A stretch of 64,000 nt of DNA from a bacterium. Lineage in GTDB: Bacteria > UBA8248. The stretch spans positions 1,952,001 to 2,016,000 of the forward strand of contig CBDBEV010000001.1 of the NCBI GenBank assembly GCA_965204535.1, read 5' to 3'. The notes under the pieces were generated by a model, which had not been told where the DNA came from, did no database searches, and was given only the letters and a program-made list of their open reading frames with translations. Both the position numbers and the translations under genes were made by a program. The first letter of the stretch is position 1; the number at the start of each line of letters is the position of its first letter. Positions 9,894-18,644 of this stretch are shown in pieces.

Positions 9894-10439
9894 TCACGAC
9901 TCCGACAATACGCTTCTTAGCCGAGCAACGAACTCAACGGCCTCCTGCGCCTCGTCAAAGCTGATATGCGGTTTTCGCTCGACAATTTCAGCCGCCATTG
10001 CATCGGGAGCTATTTCCTTTTTCTCTTTCGAGACATAATACGCTGTGGCGTATCTCTCCAAGGCCCTTGCCTTCATCGGCGCGAATTTATCCACGATTTT
10101 TTGAACTTTATGGGCATATTTCTCAATGGGTTTCGGGTATGTTTTCTTCAAAAGTTCCGCCCTCTCGCCGGGTACCAGTTTCGGTCCATACGGCCTCTGT
10201 TGCGGACGCGGTTTCAAAAAATCGTTCGCCCACATCCAGGATATCTCGTCGCTCAGGTCAAAGGAATAGGGGCCGTGCTTATAGAGAATGAAATCGAATT
10301 CCAGCGGGACTTCCAACAGATCTTGCAGAAAATAAGTCACCTTCTGAACGTGCGTTTCCCCGCACCAGCTGTCGGCGTCTCTCAGTCTCTCGGCCAAAGA
10401 CAATAAAACGGCGGCCCTCTCGAATCGCTCCATGGCCAT
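9894..10439 (-). CDS. Hypothetical protein, YwgA/Panacea (DUF4065/SocA)-like
   Basis: QKVTYFLQ...FILYKHGPYSFDL resembles the KLxY...F...(H/Y)GP signature; TAATG stop/start overlap with the HD gene. Confidence 0.6.
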   Translation of the reverse strand: MAMERFERAAVLLSLAERLRDADSWCGETHVQKVTYFLQDLLEVPLEFDFILYKHGPYSFDLSDEISWMWANDFLKPRPQQRPYGPKLVPGERAELLKKTYPKPIEKYAHKVQKIVDKFAPMKARALERYATAYYVSKEKKEIAPDAMAAEIVERKPHISFDEAQEAVEFVARLRSVLSES

Positions 10440-11758
10440 TACTCCTTTCCGGCGGACGAAAGGATTTCCTCTCGCTTCCCACTCAACCAAACATCGGCTT
10501 GTTCTTTCATTTCAGGTGAAACGAAAACATTCTCACAAGACGCCAGCGGAATGTTCGAGAATGTTTCTTTTTCACTCGCCGCTTCCGAGATTCTCGCGCC
10601 TTGTATGAGAACCGGAAAAAAGCTTTTTCTCCTGTCTTGAGTTCTCTGAATATGTTTCACATTTTGCTCACCGAATTTCCCGGATGCCGCTTCATATATT
10701 TTCCGACCCGGTTCCAAGAATTTCCGGTCCTCGGCGGCAGGTCTATAGATACTCTTGAAATGCCGACGACGAACGATGCGCTCGGCGTGCGCATGGGCGG
10801 GATGAGATTTATCTCCGGCAATGGATAACATAGCGGATATTACTTCATTATCCGTATATTTCAAATGGCCTTCATAATCTGTGGGAAACATTCCCCCCTC
10901 CAACCAGGAATTCAAGAAATCTACCAAATGCTGATCGTAAATGAGTCGGACGGAGTGAAAATAAATCTGTGAAAACATGAAATATCGCGCAAGCAGCAAT
11001 GCCTCGGCGGATTCCAAGCCGCCTTCCTCGACACCCAAAACCGGTTCCTGAGAACCATCCGCCCCCTCTTTCGGCAGTATCCTCATCGTATCGATTAAGC
11101 GGTGATGATCGAATTTCCCGTAGGCAACCCCCGCGTGATACGAATCCCGAAGCAGATAATCCATCCTGTCGGCCCCGAAAACATCCCCCGTGATGATTTC
11201 CGATAAAATGCTCTCCCATTCATTCAACTCGACACTCATATAATCTTTCGATTTCTTCGCTCCAATCGCCAGTTTCGCCACGTCTTTCGGCTGCACGCCA
11301 ATGTCTTCCCAAATACCCGCCATTTGCTCGCTCAAAATGATTTCCATCGTTATGCGCTCGTGATCCCAACCTTGCGGCAACAATGCTTCCGACGCATGGG
11401 AAAACGGCAGATGGCCAAGGTCATGGCATAACGCCGCGAGTCTTAATGTTCTTCGCCATTTCAGATGATCGAGGTCCCTATGCTTTGGAATAATACTCCT
11501 GACGGAAGCGGATTCCTGATAAACGTTCTCCGGTTCCGTCACGACATCATAAATCCTGCCGGCGAGTTCCATTACACCGAGTGAATGCTCGAACCTCTTG
11601 TGGGTTGCCCCCGGGTAAACGAGATAAGTCAGGGCCAGTTGGTGAATATGGCGCAATCGCTGAAACGGGAGCGAATCAAGAACTTTCCGCTCATCAGAAT
11701 CCAGTCTGATGAAAACATGGATGGGGTCTCGTATTTCGTGTGTTCTTTTCCTTGCCAT
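10439..11758 (-). CDS. HD-domain dNTP triphosphohydrolase-like protein (SAMHD1/YwfO type)
   Basis: IRDPIH, FQRLRHIHQL, YPGATHKRFEHSLGV, HDLGHLPFSH, DRMDYLLRD, IYFH. Confidence 0.9.
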   Translation of the reverse strand: MARKRTHEIRDPIHVFIRLDSDERKVLDSLPFQRLRHIHQLALTYLVYPGATHKRFEHSLGVMELAGRIYDVVTEPENVYQESASVRSIIPKHRDLDHLKWRRTLRLAALCHDLGHLPFSHASEALLPQGWDHERITMEIILSEQMAGIWEDIGVQPKDVAKLAIGAKKSKDYMSVELNEWESILSEIITGDVFGADRMDYLLRDSYHAGVAYGKFDHHRLIDTMRILPKEGADGSQEPVLGVEEGGLESAEALLLARYFMFSQIYFHSVRLIYDQHLVDFLNSWLEGGMFPTDYEGHLKYTDNEVISAMLSIAGDKSHPAHAHAERIVRRRHFKSIYRPAAEDRKFLEPGRKIYEAASGKFGEQNVKHIQRTQDRRKSFFPVLIQGARISEAASEKETFSNIPLASCENVFVSPEMKEQADVWLSGKREEILSSAGKE

Positions 11759-11764
11759 AGAAGG

Positions 11765-11773
11765 ATTATATCA
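11765..11773 (-). promoter_or_regulatory. Extended -10 promoter (TGnTATAAT), probably leaderless HD transcript
   Basis: Minus strand reads TGA-TATAAT-CCTTCT-ATG; no Shine-Dalgarno sequence between promoter and start. Confidence 0.5.
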
Positions 11774-11904
11774 TGTTTTCGTATAATTATCGCCATAAAA
11801 ATTACGAATATCAAATCTGGTCAGTCGATAAAATGAAGACACAAACGACATGGCGTGGGTAGAACCAACATAAAATATATTCTTGACGGAAAATAAACTC
11901 CCCC

Positions 11905-12438
11905 TCACGTAACGGGTGGTATCTCGAAGGCGTTCAGGGTTAGGGAGATGGCCGAGTAAAAACCCACGAGGGCGGTCAAGTCGACCACGCCCTTCTCCCC
12001 GAGCAGAGAGAACGCCTCCTGATAAACGTCGTCGGACACCTCTTTGGTTTCGAGCAATTCCTTGCAATACCGGTGAACGCAAAGTTCTAGATCCGTGCCT
12101 TCGGTAGGCGTCTCCTGCGCCATTACGGCGGCCACAAGCGCGGGCGTAAGACCGCTGTCCAAAGCCTGCGCCTCGTGGGCGGAGAAAGCATAAGTCGCCC
12201 CCCAATGGCGCGTGGTGATGATGATGGCGAGTTCGCGGATGTCCTCTGTGATGACGCTTTCCTCGTAATAAAACTTCATGAGATTGCGAAGGGCGATGAC
12301 GAGTCCCGGGCTTCGCACCCAGACCCCGAAAGGCCCGCGCATGCCGCCGCGCTGGTTGGCGATGAGTTCCTCATAGGCATCACGTTGACGGGGCGGCATA
12401 GATTCGGGTTCAAGCGGTGCGAGACGGCTCATCGGCAT
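11905..12438 (-). CDS. Carboxymuconolactone decarboxylase (CMD) family protein
   Basis: GPFGVWVRSP, RELAIIITTRHW, LGEKGVVDLTALVGFY; no CxxC motif. Confidence 0.8.
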   Translation of the reverse strand: MPMSRLAPLEPESMPPRQRDAYEELIANQRGGMRGPFGVWVRSPGLVIALRNLMKFYYEESVITEDIRELAIIITTRHWGATYAFSAHEAQALDSGLTPALVAAVMAQETPTEGTDLELCVHRYCKELLETKEVSDDVYQEAFSLLGEKGVVDLTALVGFYSAISLTLNAFEIPPVT

Positions 12439-12520
12439 CTCTCCTCATGGCGTCGTTCATTCAGAAATTTTGCTACAATGGCGAAAACATTCGTTTCTCT
12501 CATTGATAGCGAGGTATCTC

Positions 12521-12946
12521 ATGAACTTCGAAGATGCAAGACCGTTTATGGAGAAAAACCACAAGGGCATGGTCACGAGCTTAAGGCCGGACGGCACGGC
12601 GCAATCGAGCATCATCGTCTGCGGGGCGTATGAGGATTGCGCCGCTTTCGTCATCGTGCGCGGCTGGTCGGTGAAGCTCAAGAACCTGCTCAAGAACCCG
12701 CAGTGCACGGTGCTCTACGTCACCCCCGACTGGCGCACCTGGGTGAGCGTGGAGGGGAAAGCCAGACTCTTCGACTACGAGAACACCGAAAAAGAGGAAA
12801 TGCGCGTGATGTTCCGCGAGGTGTTTCGCGCCTGCGGGGATTCGGACCATCCCGACTGGGAGGAATATGACCAGGCGATGATAGACCAGGGCGCGGTCGC
12901 CGTGCTTGTCACGCCCGAGCGCGTCTACGGGCGTCTACCGGCTTAA
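12521..12946 (+). CDS. Pyridoxamine 5'-phosphate oxidase-like (PPOX class, FMN/F420-binding split barrel) protein
   Basis: TSLRPDGTAQSS, KLKNLLKNPQCTVL, WVSVEGKA, HPDWEEYDQAM, TPERVYG; GAGG RBS before ATG 12521. Confidence 0.8.
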   Translation: MNFEDARPFMEKNHKGMVTSLRPDGTAQSSIIVCGAYEDCAAFVIVRGWSVKLKNLLKNPQCTVLYVTPDWRTWVSVEGKARLFDYENTEKEEMRVMFREVFRACGDSDHPDWEEYDQAMIDQGAVAVLVTPERVYGRLPA

Positions 12947-13872
12947 TTCTCGATCGACTCCAAGAAAGCGGCGATTCCCTCCTCGAGCGAGAAGCTGTGC
13001 CGCCAGCCGGTTTTTTTCGCAAACGCGCGCGCGTCGAGGCCGATTCTGAACACCTCGCCCGCGCGCAGGGGGGCGCGTTCAACGCCTACGGGATTCTTAT
13101 CCATGCGGCGGCAGAGAATCTCGAGCAGCGCCTCGACCTCGGTGATGACGCCGGTGCCGATGTTGTAGACGCCGCCGTCCGCACCGCCCTTCCCCGCCGT
13201 GAGGAACGCTTCGACCACGTCTTTCACGAAGACGTAATCGCGCCCCGCGCGTCCGTGCCCGTATAGGGTGAGGGATTCTCCTTTCGTGAGTTTTTCCGCG
13301 AAAATCGATATCACGCCCGCATCGAGCGTCGCGCGCTGCCTCGGCCCATAGACGTTGCCCAGACGCAGCGAGACGACGGGAAGTCCGAAATGCTCCCCAT
13401 AAAAGGCGAGATAGCGCTCGCCCGCGACCTTGCTCATCCCGTAGTGGGATGCGGGGGCGAGGGGGCAGCTCTCGTTCACGATTTCCTCTTCCGGATCGCC
13501 GTAGCACGCCCCGCCCGTGGCGGCGTAGACGACCCGTGGTGGCGCATCCATGCTCCTGGCCGCCTCGAGGACGCTCAGCGTGCCCATGACGTTCGCCCGC
13601 GCATCCAATGAGGGTTCGGCCAGGCTGTGCGTTACGCTCGACTGGGCCGCCAGATGATGGATGACGGCGGGGCGCGCCTCTTCGACCAGGCAGCGCATGA
13701 ACTCCGCATCGGCCACGTCGCCTTCTCGGAAAACGGCGCCCGGCGGGACATCCTCCACCAGGCCGGACGCGAGATTATCCACCACCCAGACGAAATCGCC
13801 CGCCTCCAGACAGGCTTCCGCCACATGGGAACCGACGAAACCTGCGCCTCCCGTCACCAATACGTTCGCCAT
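12943..13872 (-). CDS. NAD-dependent epimerase/dehydratase (UDP-glucose 4-epimerase-like)
   Basis: VLVTGGAGFVGS, HLAAQ, YGMSK, NVYGPRQ, RDYVFVKD. Confidence 0.9.
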   Translation of the reverse strand: MANVLVTGGAGFVGSHVAEACLEAGDFVWVVDNLASGLVEDVPPGAVFREGDVADAEFMRCLVEEARPAVIHHLAAQSSVTHSLAEPSLDARANVMGTLSVLEAARSMDAPPRVVYAATGGACYGDPEEEIVNESCPLAPASHYGMSKVAGERYLAFYGEHFGLPVVSLRLGNVYGPRQRATLDAGVISIFAEKLTKGESLTLYGHGRAGRDYVFVKDVVEAFLTAGKGGADGGVYNIGTGVITEVEALLEILCRRMDKNPVGVERAPLRAGEVFRIGLDARAFAKKTGWRHSFSLEEGIAAFLESIEN

Positions 13873-14045
13873 CTCGGATCCTCAACCTATGTCATATCGA
13901 AACCGATATTTCAGTATGAAACCAACCATCATGGATTGCGGCGCGGATTTCAACCACGGGCCACGTTTTGCCGGAACCGCCCGCTCCTGATAGCCTTGGG
14001 CGCAAGTTCCAAGGCAAACGAGTTCGCTGTAAGGAGAAATCCGGT

Positions 14046-15038
14046 TTGGCCAGATACCTCGTCACGGGCGCTTCGGGCTTCATCGCGTCCAGGGTGTGCG
14101 AATTCTTGTTGGATGCAGATCACGCCGTCGTCGGGGTCGACGACATGAACGACGCCTATGACACCCGACTGAAGGATTACCGCCTCGCGCGCCTGAAGGC
14201 GCGGCCCGGTTTCGTTTTTCACGAAGCCGACATCACTCGTTCCGACACCCTGCGCGCGCTGTTCGCAGAAAACGCCGGAGGCGGCGCCCCGCCTTTCGAC
14301 GCCGTTCTGAATCTGGCCGCGCGCGCTGGCGTGCGGCAATCCATCGAGAATCCCTGGGGCTATTTCGAGACCAACGTCACCGGCGCACTGAACCTGCTCG
14401 AACTCTGCAAGGATTTCGGCGTCACCAAGTTCGTGCTCGCGTCCACCTCGAGCGCCTACGGGGCGGATACGCCCGCACCGTTTAGCGAAGACGCCCCGGG
14501 CGACAGGCCGCTTTCCCCCTACGCGGCTTCCAAGAAAGCGGCCGAGGCGCTCTGCCACACATACCACCACCTGTTCGGGATCGACGTGAGCGTGCTGCGC
14601 TACTTCACCGTCTACGGCCCGGCGGGGCGGCCCGACATGAGCCTGTTCCGCTTCACGCAGTGGATAACCGAGGGAAAGCCCGTCCTCGTCTATGGAGACG
14701 GAAAGCAGTCACGCGATTTCACATACGTGGACGACATCGCCCGGGGCACGATAGCAGCCATCAAGCCGCTCTCTTATGAGATCATCAACCTGGGATCGGA
14801 CGAGCCCGTCGTCTTAAGCGACGCCATCGCCCGCATCGAAGCCCTCACGGAGAAGAAGGCCCGGATTCGTTATGAGGAGAGCAACCCCGCCGACGTCAAG
14901 GCCACTTGGGCGAACATCGACAAGGCGGAGAGACTCTTGGGCTGGCGGCCCCGAGTGAGGCTCGCAGACGGCCTCGCGCATCTGGTGGAGTGGTACGCCG
15001 CCAACCGCGAATGGGCGAAAGAGGTGCGCACCGACTAG
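14046..15038 (+). CDS. NAD-dependent epimerase (UDP-glucuronate 4-epimerase-like)
   Basis: TTG start after AAGGAG; YLVTGASGFI, LAARAGVR, SPYAASKK, FTVYGPAGRPDM, RDFTYVDDI. Confidence 0.9.
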   Translation: MARYLVTGASGFIASRVCEFLLDADHAVVGVDDMNDAYDTRLKDYRLARLKARPGFVFHEADITRSDTLRALFAENAGGGAPPFDAVLNLAARAGVRQSIENPWGYFETNVTGALNLLELCKDFGVTKFVLASTSSAYGADTPAPFSEDAPGDRPLSPYAASKKAAEALCHTYHHLFGIDVSVLRYFTVYGPAGRPDMSLFRFTQWITEGKPVLVYGDGKQSRDFTYVDDIARGTIAAIKPLSYEIINLGSDEPVVLSDAIARIEALTEKKARIRYEESNPADVKATWANIDKAERLLGWRPRVRLADGLAHLVEWYAANREWAKEVRTD

Positions 15039-15140
15039 CAAAACCGTTCTTTCCGGCGAATTTCCCTCGCCCGTTACCCCTTCGGGGCGCTATGCACTAA
15101 ACTCACTGAATACTTTCACCCGTATACGGCAGGAGACGAC

Positions 15141-16181
15141 ATGAAGGCGATGGTATTGGCGGAGCCGGGCGCGCCGTTCGTTCTGGAAGAACGACCCATC
15201 CCCGTGGCGGGGCCGGGTGAGGCGGTGGCGCGCGTGCTGGCCTGCGGTTCGGGACTTACGATCGAGCACACCCGGGCGGGGCGCATGGGCGGGAATTTCC
15301 CGCTTGTGATCGGACACGAAATCACCGCAGAGATCACTCAGGTGGGCGCGGGCGTGGACGACCTCGCAGAAGGCGCGCCCGTGACGGCGTATTATTACTT
15401 CACCTGCGGGCGCTGCCGCTGGTGTCGCGTGAACCGCGAGACCCTGTGCGAGAATCTCGCCGGTCAGGTCGGCCGCCAGGTGGACGGCGGCTACGCCGAG
15501 TACATCAAGCTGCCCGCCCGAAACTTCATCCCCCTGCCCGAGGGGCTGGACTACAAGGCGCACCCCGCCGAGGTCGGCGTCATCTCGGACGCCATTGCCA
15601 CGCCGTATAAGGTGTTGCGCCACGCAGGCGTCCGCCCCATGGAGAACGTGGCCGTGGTGGGCGCGGGCGGCGGCGTGGGCATCCACATGGTGATGATGGC
15701 GCGCTGGGCGGGTGCGCGCGTCATCGCCGTCGACGTGACGGCCGACAAGCTGGGCAAATGCCGCGACATGGGCGCGCACGACACGGTGGACGCCTCTCAA
15801 GAAAACCTGGGCGATGCGTTTCGGGATTTGACCGGGGGCGCGGGCGTGGACGTCGTCGTCGATTTCGTCTGCACCGCCGAGGGGGTCGAGGGCGGCCTGC
15901 GCGGCTTGGGCAAGGGGGGCCGCTTCCTCGCCATGGGGGCGAACCGGATAGAGCGGTTTCCCTTCTCCCCGCGCGAGTTGCTCCGCGAGGAGCAGCAGAT
16001 CATGGGCAGCCGCTACGCCAATAAACAGGAGCTCATCGACTCGCTCGAACTCGTGGCGCGCGGCGATGTCTGGCCCCTCGTGAGCGAGACCTATCCGCTC
16101 GAAGAAGCCAACCTCGTGCACGAGCGCTTGCGTGAGGGCCGAGTCACCGGACGCGCCGCTCTGGTGATGTCTCAGGAATAG
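15141..16181 (+). CDS. Zinc-binding medium-chain alcohol dehydrogenase family protein
   Basis: GHE motif, structural Zn CGRCRWC...C, GAGGGVG, ends GRAAL; AGGAG RBS. Confidence 0.88.
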   Translation: MKAMVLAEPGAPFVLEERPIPVAGPGEAVARVLACGSGLTIEHTRAGRMGGNFPLVIGHEITAEITQVGAGVDDLAEGAPVTAYYYFTCGRCRWCRVNRETLCENLAGQVGRQVDGGYAEYIKLPARNFIPLPEGLDYKAHPAEVGVISDAIATPYKVLRHAGVRPMENVAVVGAGGGVGIHMVMMARWAGARVIAVDVTADKLGKCRDMGAHDTVDASQENLGDAFRDLTGGAGVDVVVDFVCTAEGVEGGLRGLGKGGRFLAMGANRIERFPFSPRELLREEQQIMGSRYANKQELIDSLELVARGDVWPLVSETYPLEEANLVHERLREGRVTGRAALVMSQE

Positions 16182-16204
16182 AAGACGCTTTCAGGCGAGG
16201 CCGC

Positions 16205-17665
16205 TCAACCCGAACCCACCGCTTCCTCCCCGAAGCGCTCGATCGTCTCGAGCGTCTCGCGCACGTCGTCCCAGGTCGTGTTGTGATTGATGATGCAGAA
16301 CCGGAGCGCGAACTTCCCCTTGAGAAGGGTGGAGGACACGAACGCCTTGTCGTCCCAGAAGATGCGGGCGAGAACCGTTCTGTTAATCTCCTCCAGCGCT
16401 TCCTCGTCCAGGCCGGCCTCCGCCGGATTGACCCGGAAGCAAACGATGCCCAGCGAGACGGGTGTGAGCATCTCCAGATGCGGGCTTTCGCGAACATACG
16501 CCTCGGCACGCTCGGCCAGCTCCATGCCCCTGGAAACAGCGCGCCTGAACGCGACCATGCCGAAGGTCTGCACCGACATCCAGACCTTGAGCGCCCGGAA
16601 CGAGCGGCTCAGTTGCAGGCCGCGATCCGAGAAGTTGGGGTGGTTCGCGCCCCATATCGTGTCCTGGAGAATGTCGTGGCGCACCGCGAAGGCGCGCTCG
16701 AGCGTTTTCACGTCCTTCACGAGCAGGGCGCCCGCCTCGTAGGGCTGGAAGAACCACTTGTGCGCGTCCATCCCGATGGAATCGGCGCGCTCCATGCCGC
16801 TGAGGAGTTCCTTGCCCCACTCGGTGACGGTCGCGAAGCCGCCGTAGGCGGCGTCGACGTGCAGCCAGACCCCCTGCGCCTCGCAGAAATCCGCCATCTC
16901 CACAAGCGGATCGACGGCCCCCGTACTGGAGGCGCCCGCGTTGGCGCACACCGCGATGGGGTGGAGCCCCGCCGCGCGATCTTCCGCCACGGCGCGCGCG
17001 AGCGCTTCCATGTCCAGGCGGAAGCGTTCATCACACGGAAGAAGCCTGATGCGCTCGGGCCGAATACCGATGATGCGCGCCGCGCGGACGTGCGCGCTGT
17101 GGCTCTGATCGGCCATGTAGACGCTCGCGCGCTCGGGATGACCCGCCGCTTCGCGCGCCGCGACGAAGGCGTCCAGGCTCGCCGCCGACCCCCCGCTCGT
17201 GAAAAGCCCGCCCGCGCTCTCGGGGTAGCCGACCCAGCGCCGGAACCAGTCGATGACGACCAACTCCAACTGGCTCGGGCCGCTCGCGACCAGCCAGGTA
17301 CATTGATTGACGTGGAAGCCCGAGGCCATGAAGTCCGCCAGCACACCGGGCCAGGTGGGCGAGGAGGGGATGAAGCCGAAGAAGCGGGGATGATCGTTGC
17401 GCCCCGTGAGGGGAAGTATCTCACGCGCGGCGCGCTCCAGAACCTCCACCGCGGGCCGTCCGTCCTCGGGTGGAGCCTCCATCAGTTGTTTTTCGAGCTC
17501 CTGCTGAAAGTCTCCGTCCCAGGCGCCTTCCCCGGGGAGGTTTTCGGTTCGCTCCACCAGGAGTTCCGCCGCCCTGCGCGCCAGAGCGAGCATCGACTCG
17601 GGCGTCATGCGGAGGCCGTCGTCTCCAAAGTCCGACGCCTCTCTTCTCTCGGAACTCGCCATCAT
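16205..17665 (-). CDS. Group II PLP-dependent decarboxylase (aromatic-L-amino-acid decarboxylase-like)
   Basis: HPRFFGFIP, GLFTSGGS, GAVDPL, WLHVDAAYGG, DAHKWF (PLP lysine), LSRSFRALKVW. Start uncertain (17665/17662). Confidence 0.88.
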   Translation of the reverse strand: MMASSERREASDFGDDGLRMTPESMLALARRAAELLVERTENLPGEGAWDGDFQQELEKQLMEAPPEDGRPAVEVLERAAREILPLTGRNDHPRFFGFIPSSPTWPGVLADFMASGFHVNQCTWLVASGPSQLELVVIDWFRRWVGYPESAGGLFTSGGSAASLDAFVAAREAAGHPERASVYMADQSHSAHVRAARIIGIRPERIRLLPCDERFRLDMEALARAVAEDRAAGLHPIAVCANAGASSTGAVDPLVEMADFCEAQGVWLHVDAAYGGFATVTEWGKELLSGMERADSIGMDAHKWFFQPYEAGALLVKDVKTLERAFAVRHDILQDTIWGANHPNFSDRGLQLSRSFRALKVWMSVQTFGMVAFRRAVSRGMELAERAEAYVRESPHLEMLTPVSLGIVCFRVNPAEAGLDEEALEEINRTVLARIFWDDKAFVSSTLLKGKFALRFCIINHNTTWDDVRETLETIERFGEEAVGSG

Positions 17666-17801
17666 GCCTCCACTGTCGTCCGGAACGATTGAAATACGTC
17701 GTGGGTCCAAGACGCCGGCGCAGGGCCCCGCCTCGCTCAACTCCCTTCACCGGAAGCTCGGACTTAAAGCGGAAATACCGGGATTTCTTCGATTCTATAT
17801 C

Positions 17802-17833
17802 TAACCACTATGGCCGATAACCACTATGGCCGA
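17802..17833. repeat. Perfect 16-bp tandem duplication (TAACCACTATGGCCGA x2)
   Basis: Read directly at 17802-17817 and 17818-17833, in the divergent intergenic region. Confidence 0.9.
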
Positions 17834-18161
17834 CCGGCGTCACCCAGTCAAGAAAACTCCTAGGTATTCCATTCCCGCCGGAGCGCCGGCGGCATCCGGT
17901 CCAGGGCGCCGAAAGCGGTATTGCGCCAAAAACATGACTATGAGTTGCCAAACATGAAGAAATTCTATATCGTAGGGAGCGTATTTCTTGGAGATGCAGT
18001 TCTGAATGACTACGTTGCCTATCCAGGAATTCGGTGGATGGGCTTGCGTTCATGTGAGATAATAAGGTATTATCCTAGGCACGTTACGTTTGTTGCCCAT
18101 GCATACACTCTCGGGGTGTAGGGTCAGAGGAATCTCACGCTGTTGGGAGGCAGAGCCAGGC

Positions 18162-18500
18162 ATGGAAATTAAGACTGAGCAGGAAAGCGGGACGTTGGTC
18201 GTGCAGGTTGACGGCCGCATCGACGGCGCCACCGCCCCGGATTTCGAGAGCACCATCAAGAACGTAATCAGCGAAGACGACCGCGCCGTCATCGTTAATT
18301 TCGAGGGAGTCTCGTATATCAGCAGCGCCGGCCTCCGCGCCGTTCTTCTCGTCGCCAAGCAGCTTAGTCAAAGCAACACGAAGTTCGCCCTGTACGCGCT
18401 CGGAGAACTGACGCGCGAGGTTTTCGAGATATCCGGCTTCGACCGCATCATTCAGATCCACAACTCGAAAGCGGACGCCCTCGCCGCGACCGCGAACTGA
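18162..18500 (+). CDS. STAS-domain anti-sigma factor antagonist (RsbV/SpoIIAA-like)
   Basis: GRIDGATAP, VSYISSAGLR (phosphoacceptor Ser), VFEISGFD; GGAGG RBS. Confidence 0.92.
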   Translation: MEIKTEQESGTLVVQVDGRIDGATAPDFESTIKNVISEDDRAVIVNFEGVSYISSAGLRAVLLVAKQLSQSNTKFALYALGELTREVFEISGFDRIIQIHNSKADALAATAN

Positions 18501-18644
18501 CGGCCGGAGGCGAAGAAGGAAAAACCTTTTTTTCGCCGTCTGACCTCCTGGATTCGCGAGTCGCGGCTTTCGCCGTGCCCCCCAACCATCTTTCGTCTTC
18601 CTCGATATTTTCTCGAATCTTTTCGGGTAGGAAGTCAGCGCGGA

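Noticed and set aside
11905-12438. Second selenoprotein or peroxidase among CMD-family genes
   Set aside because: Uninterrupted ORF with no CxxC motif and no in-frame TGA.
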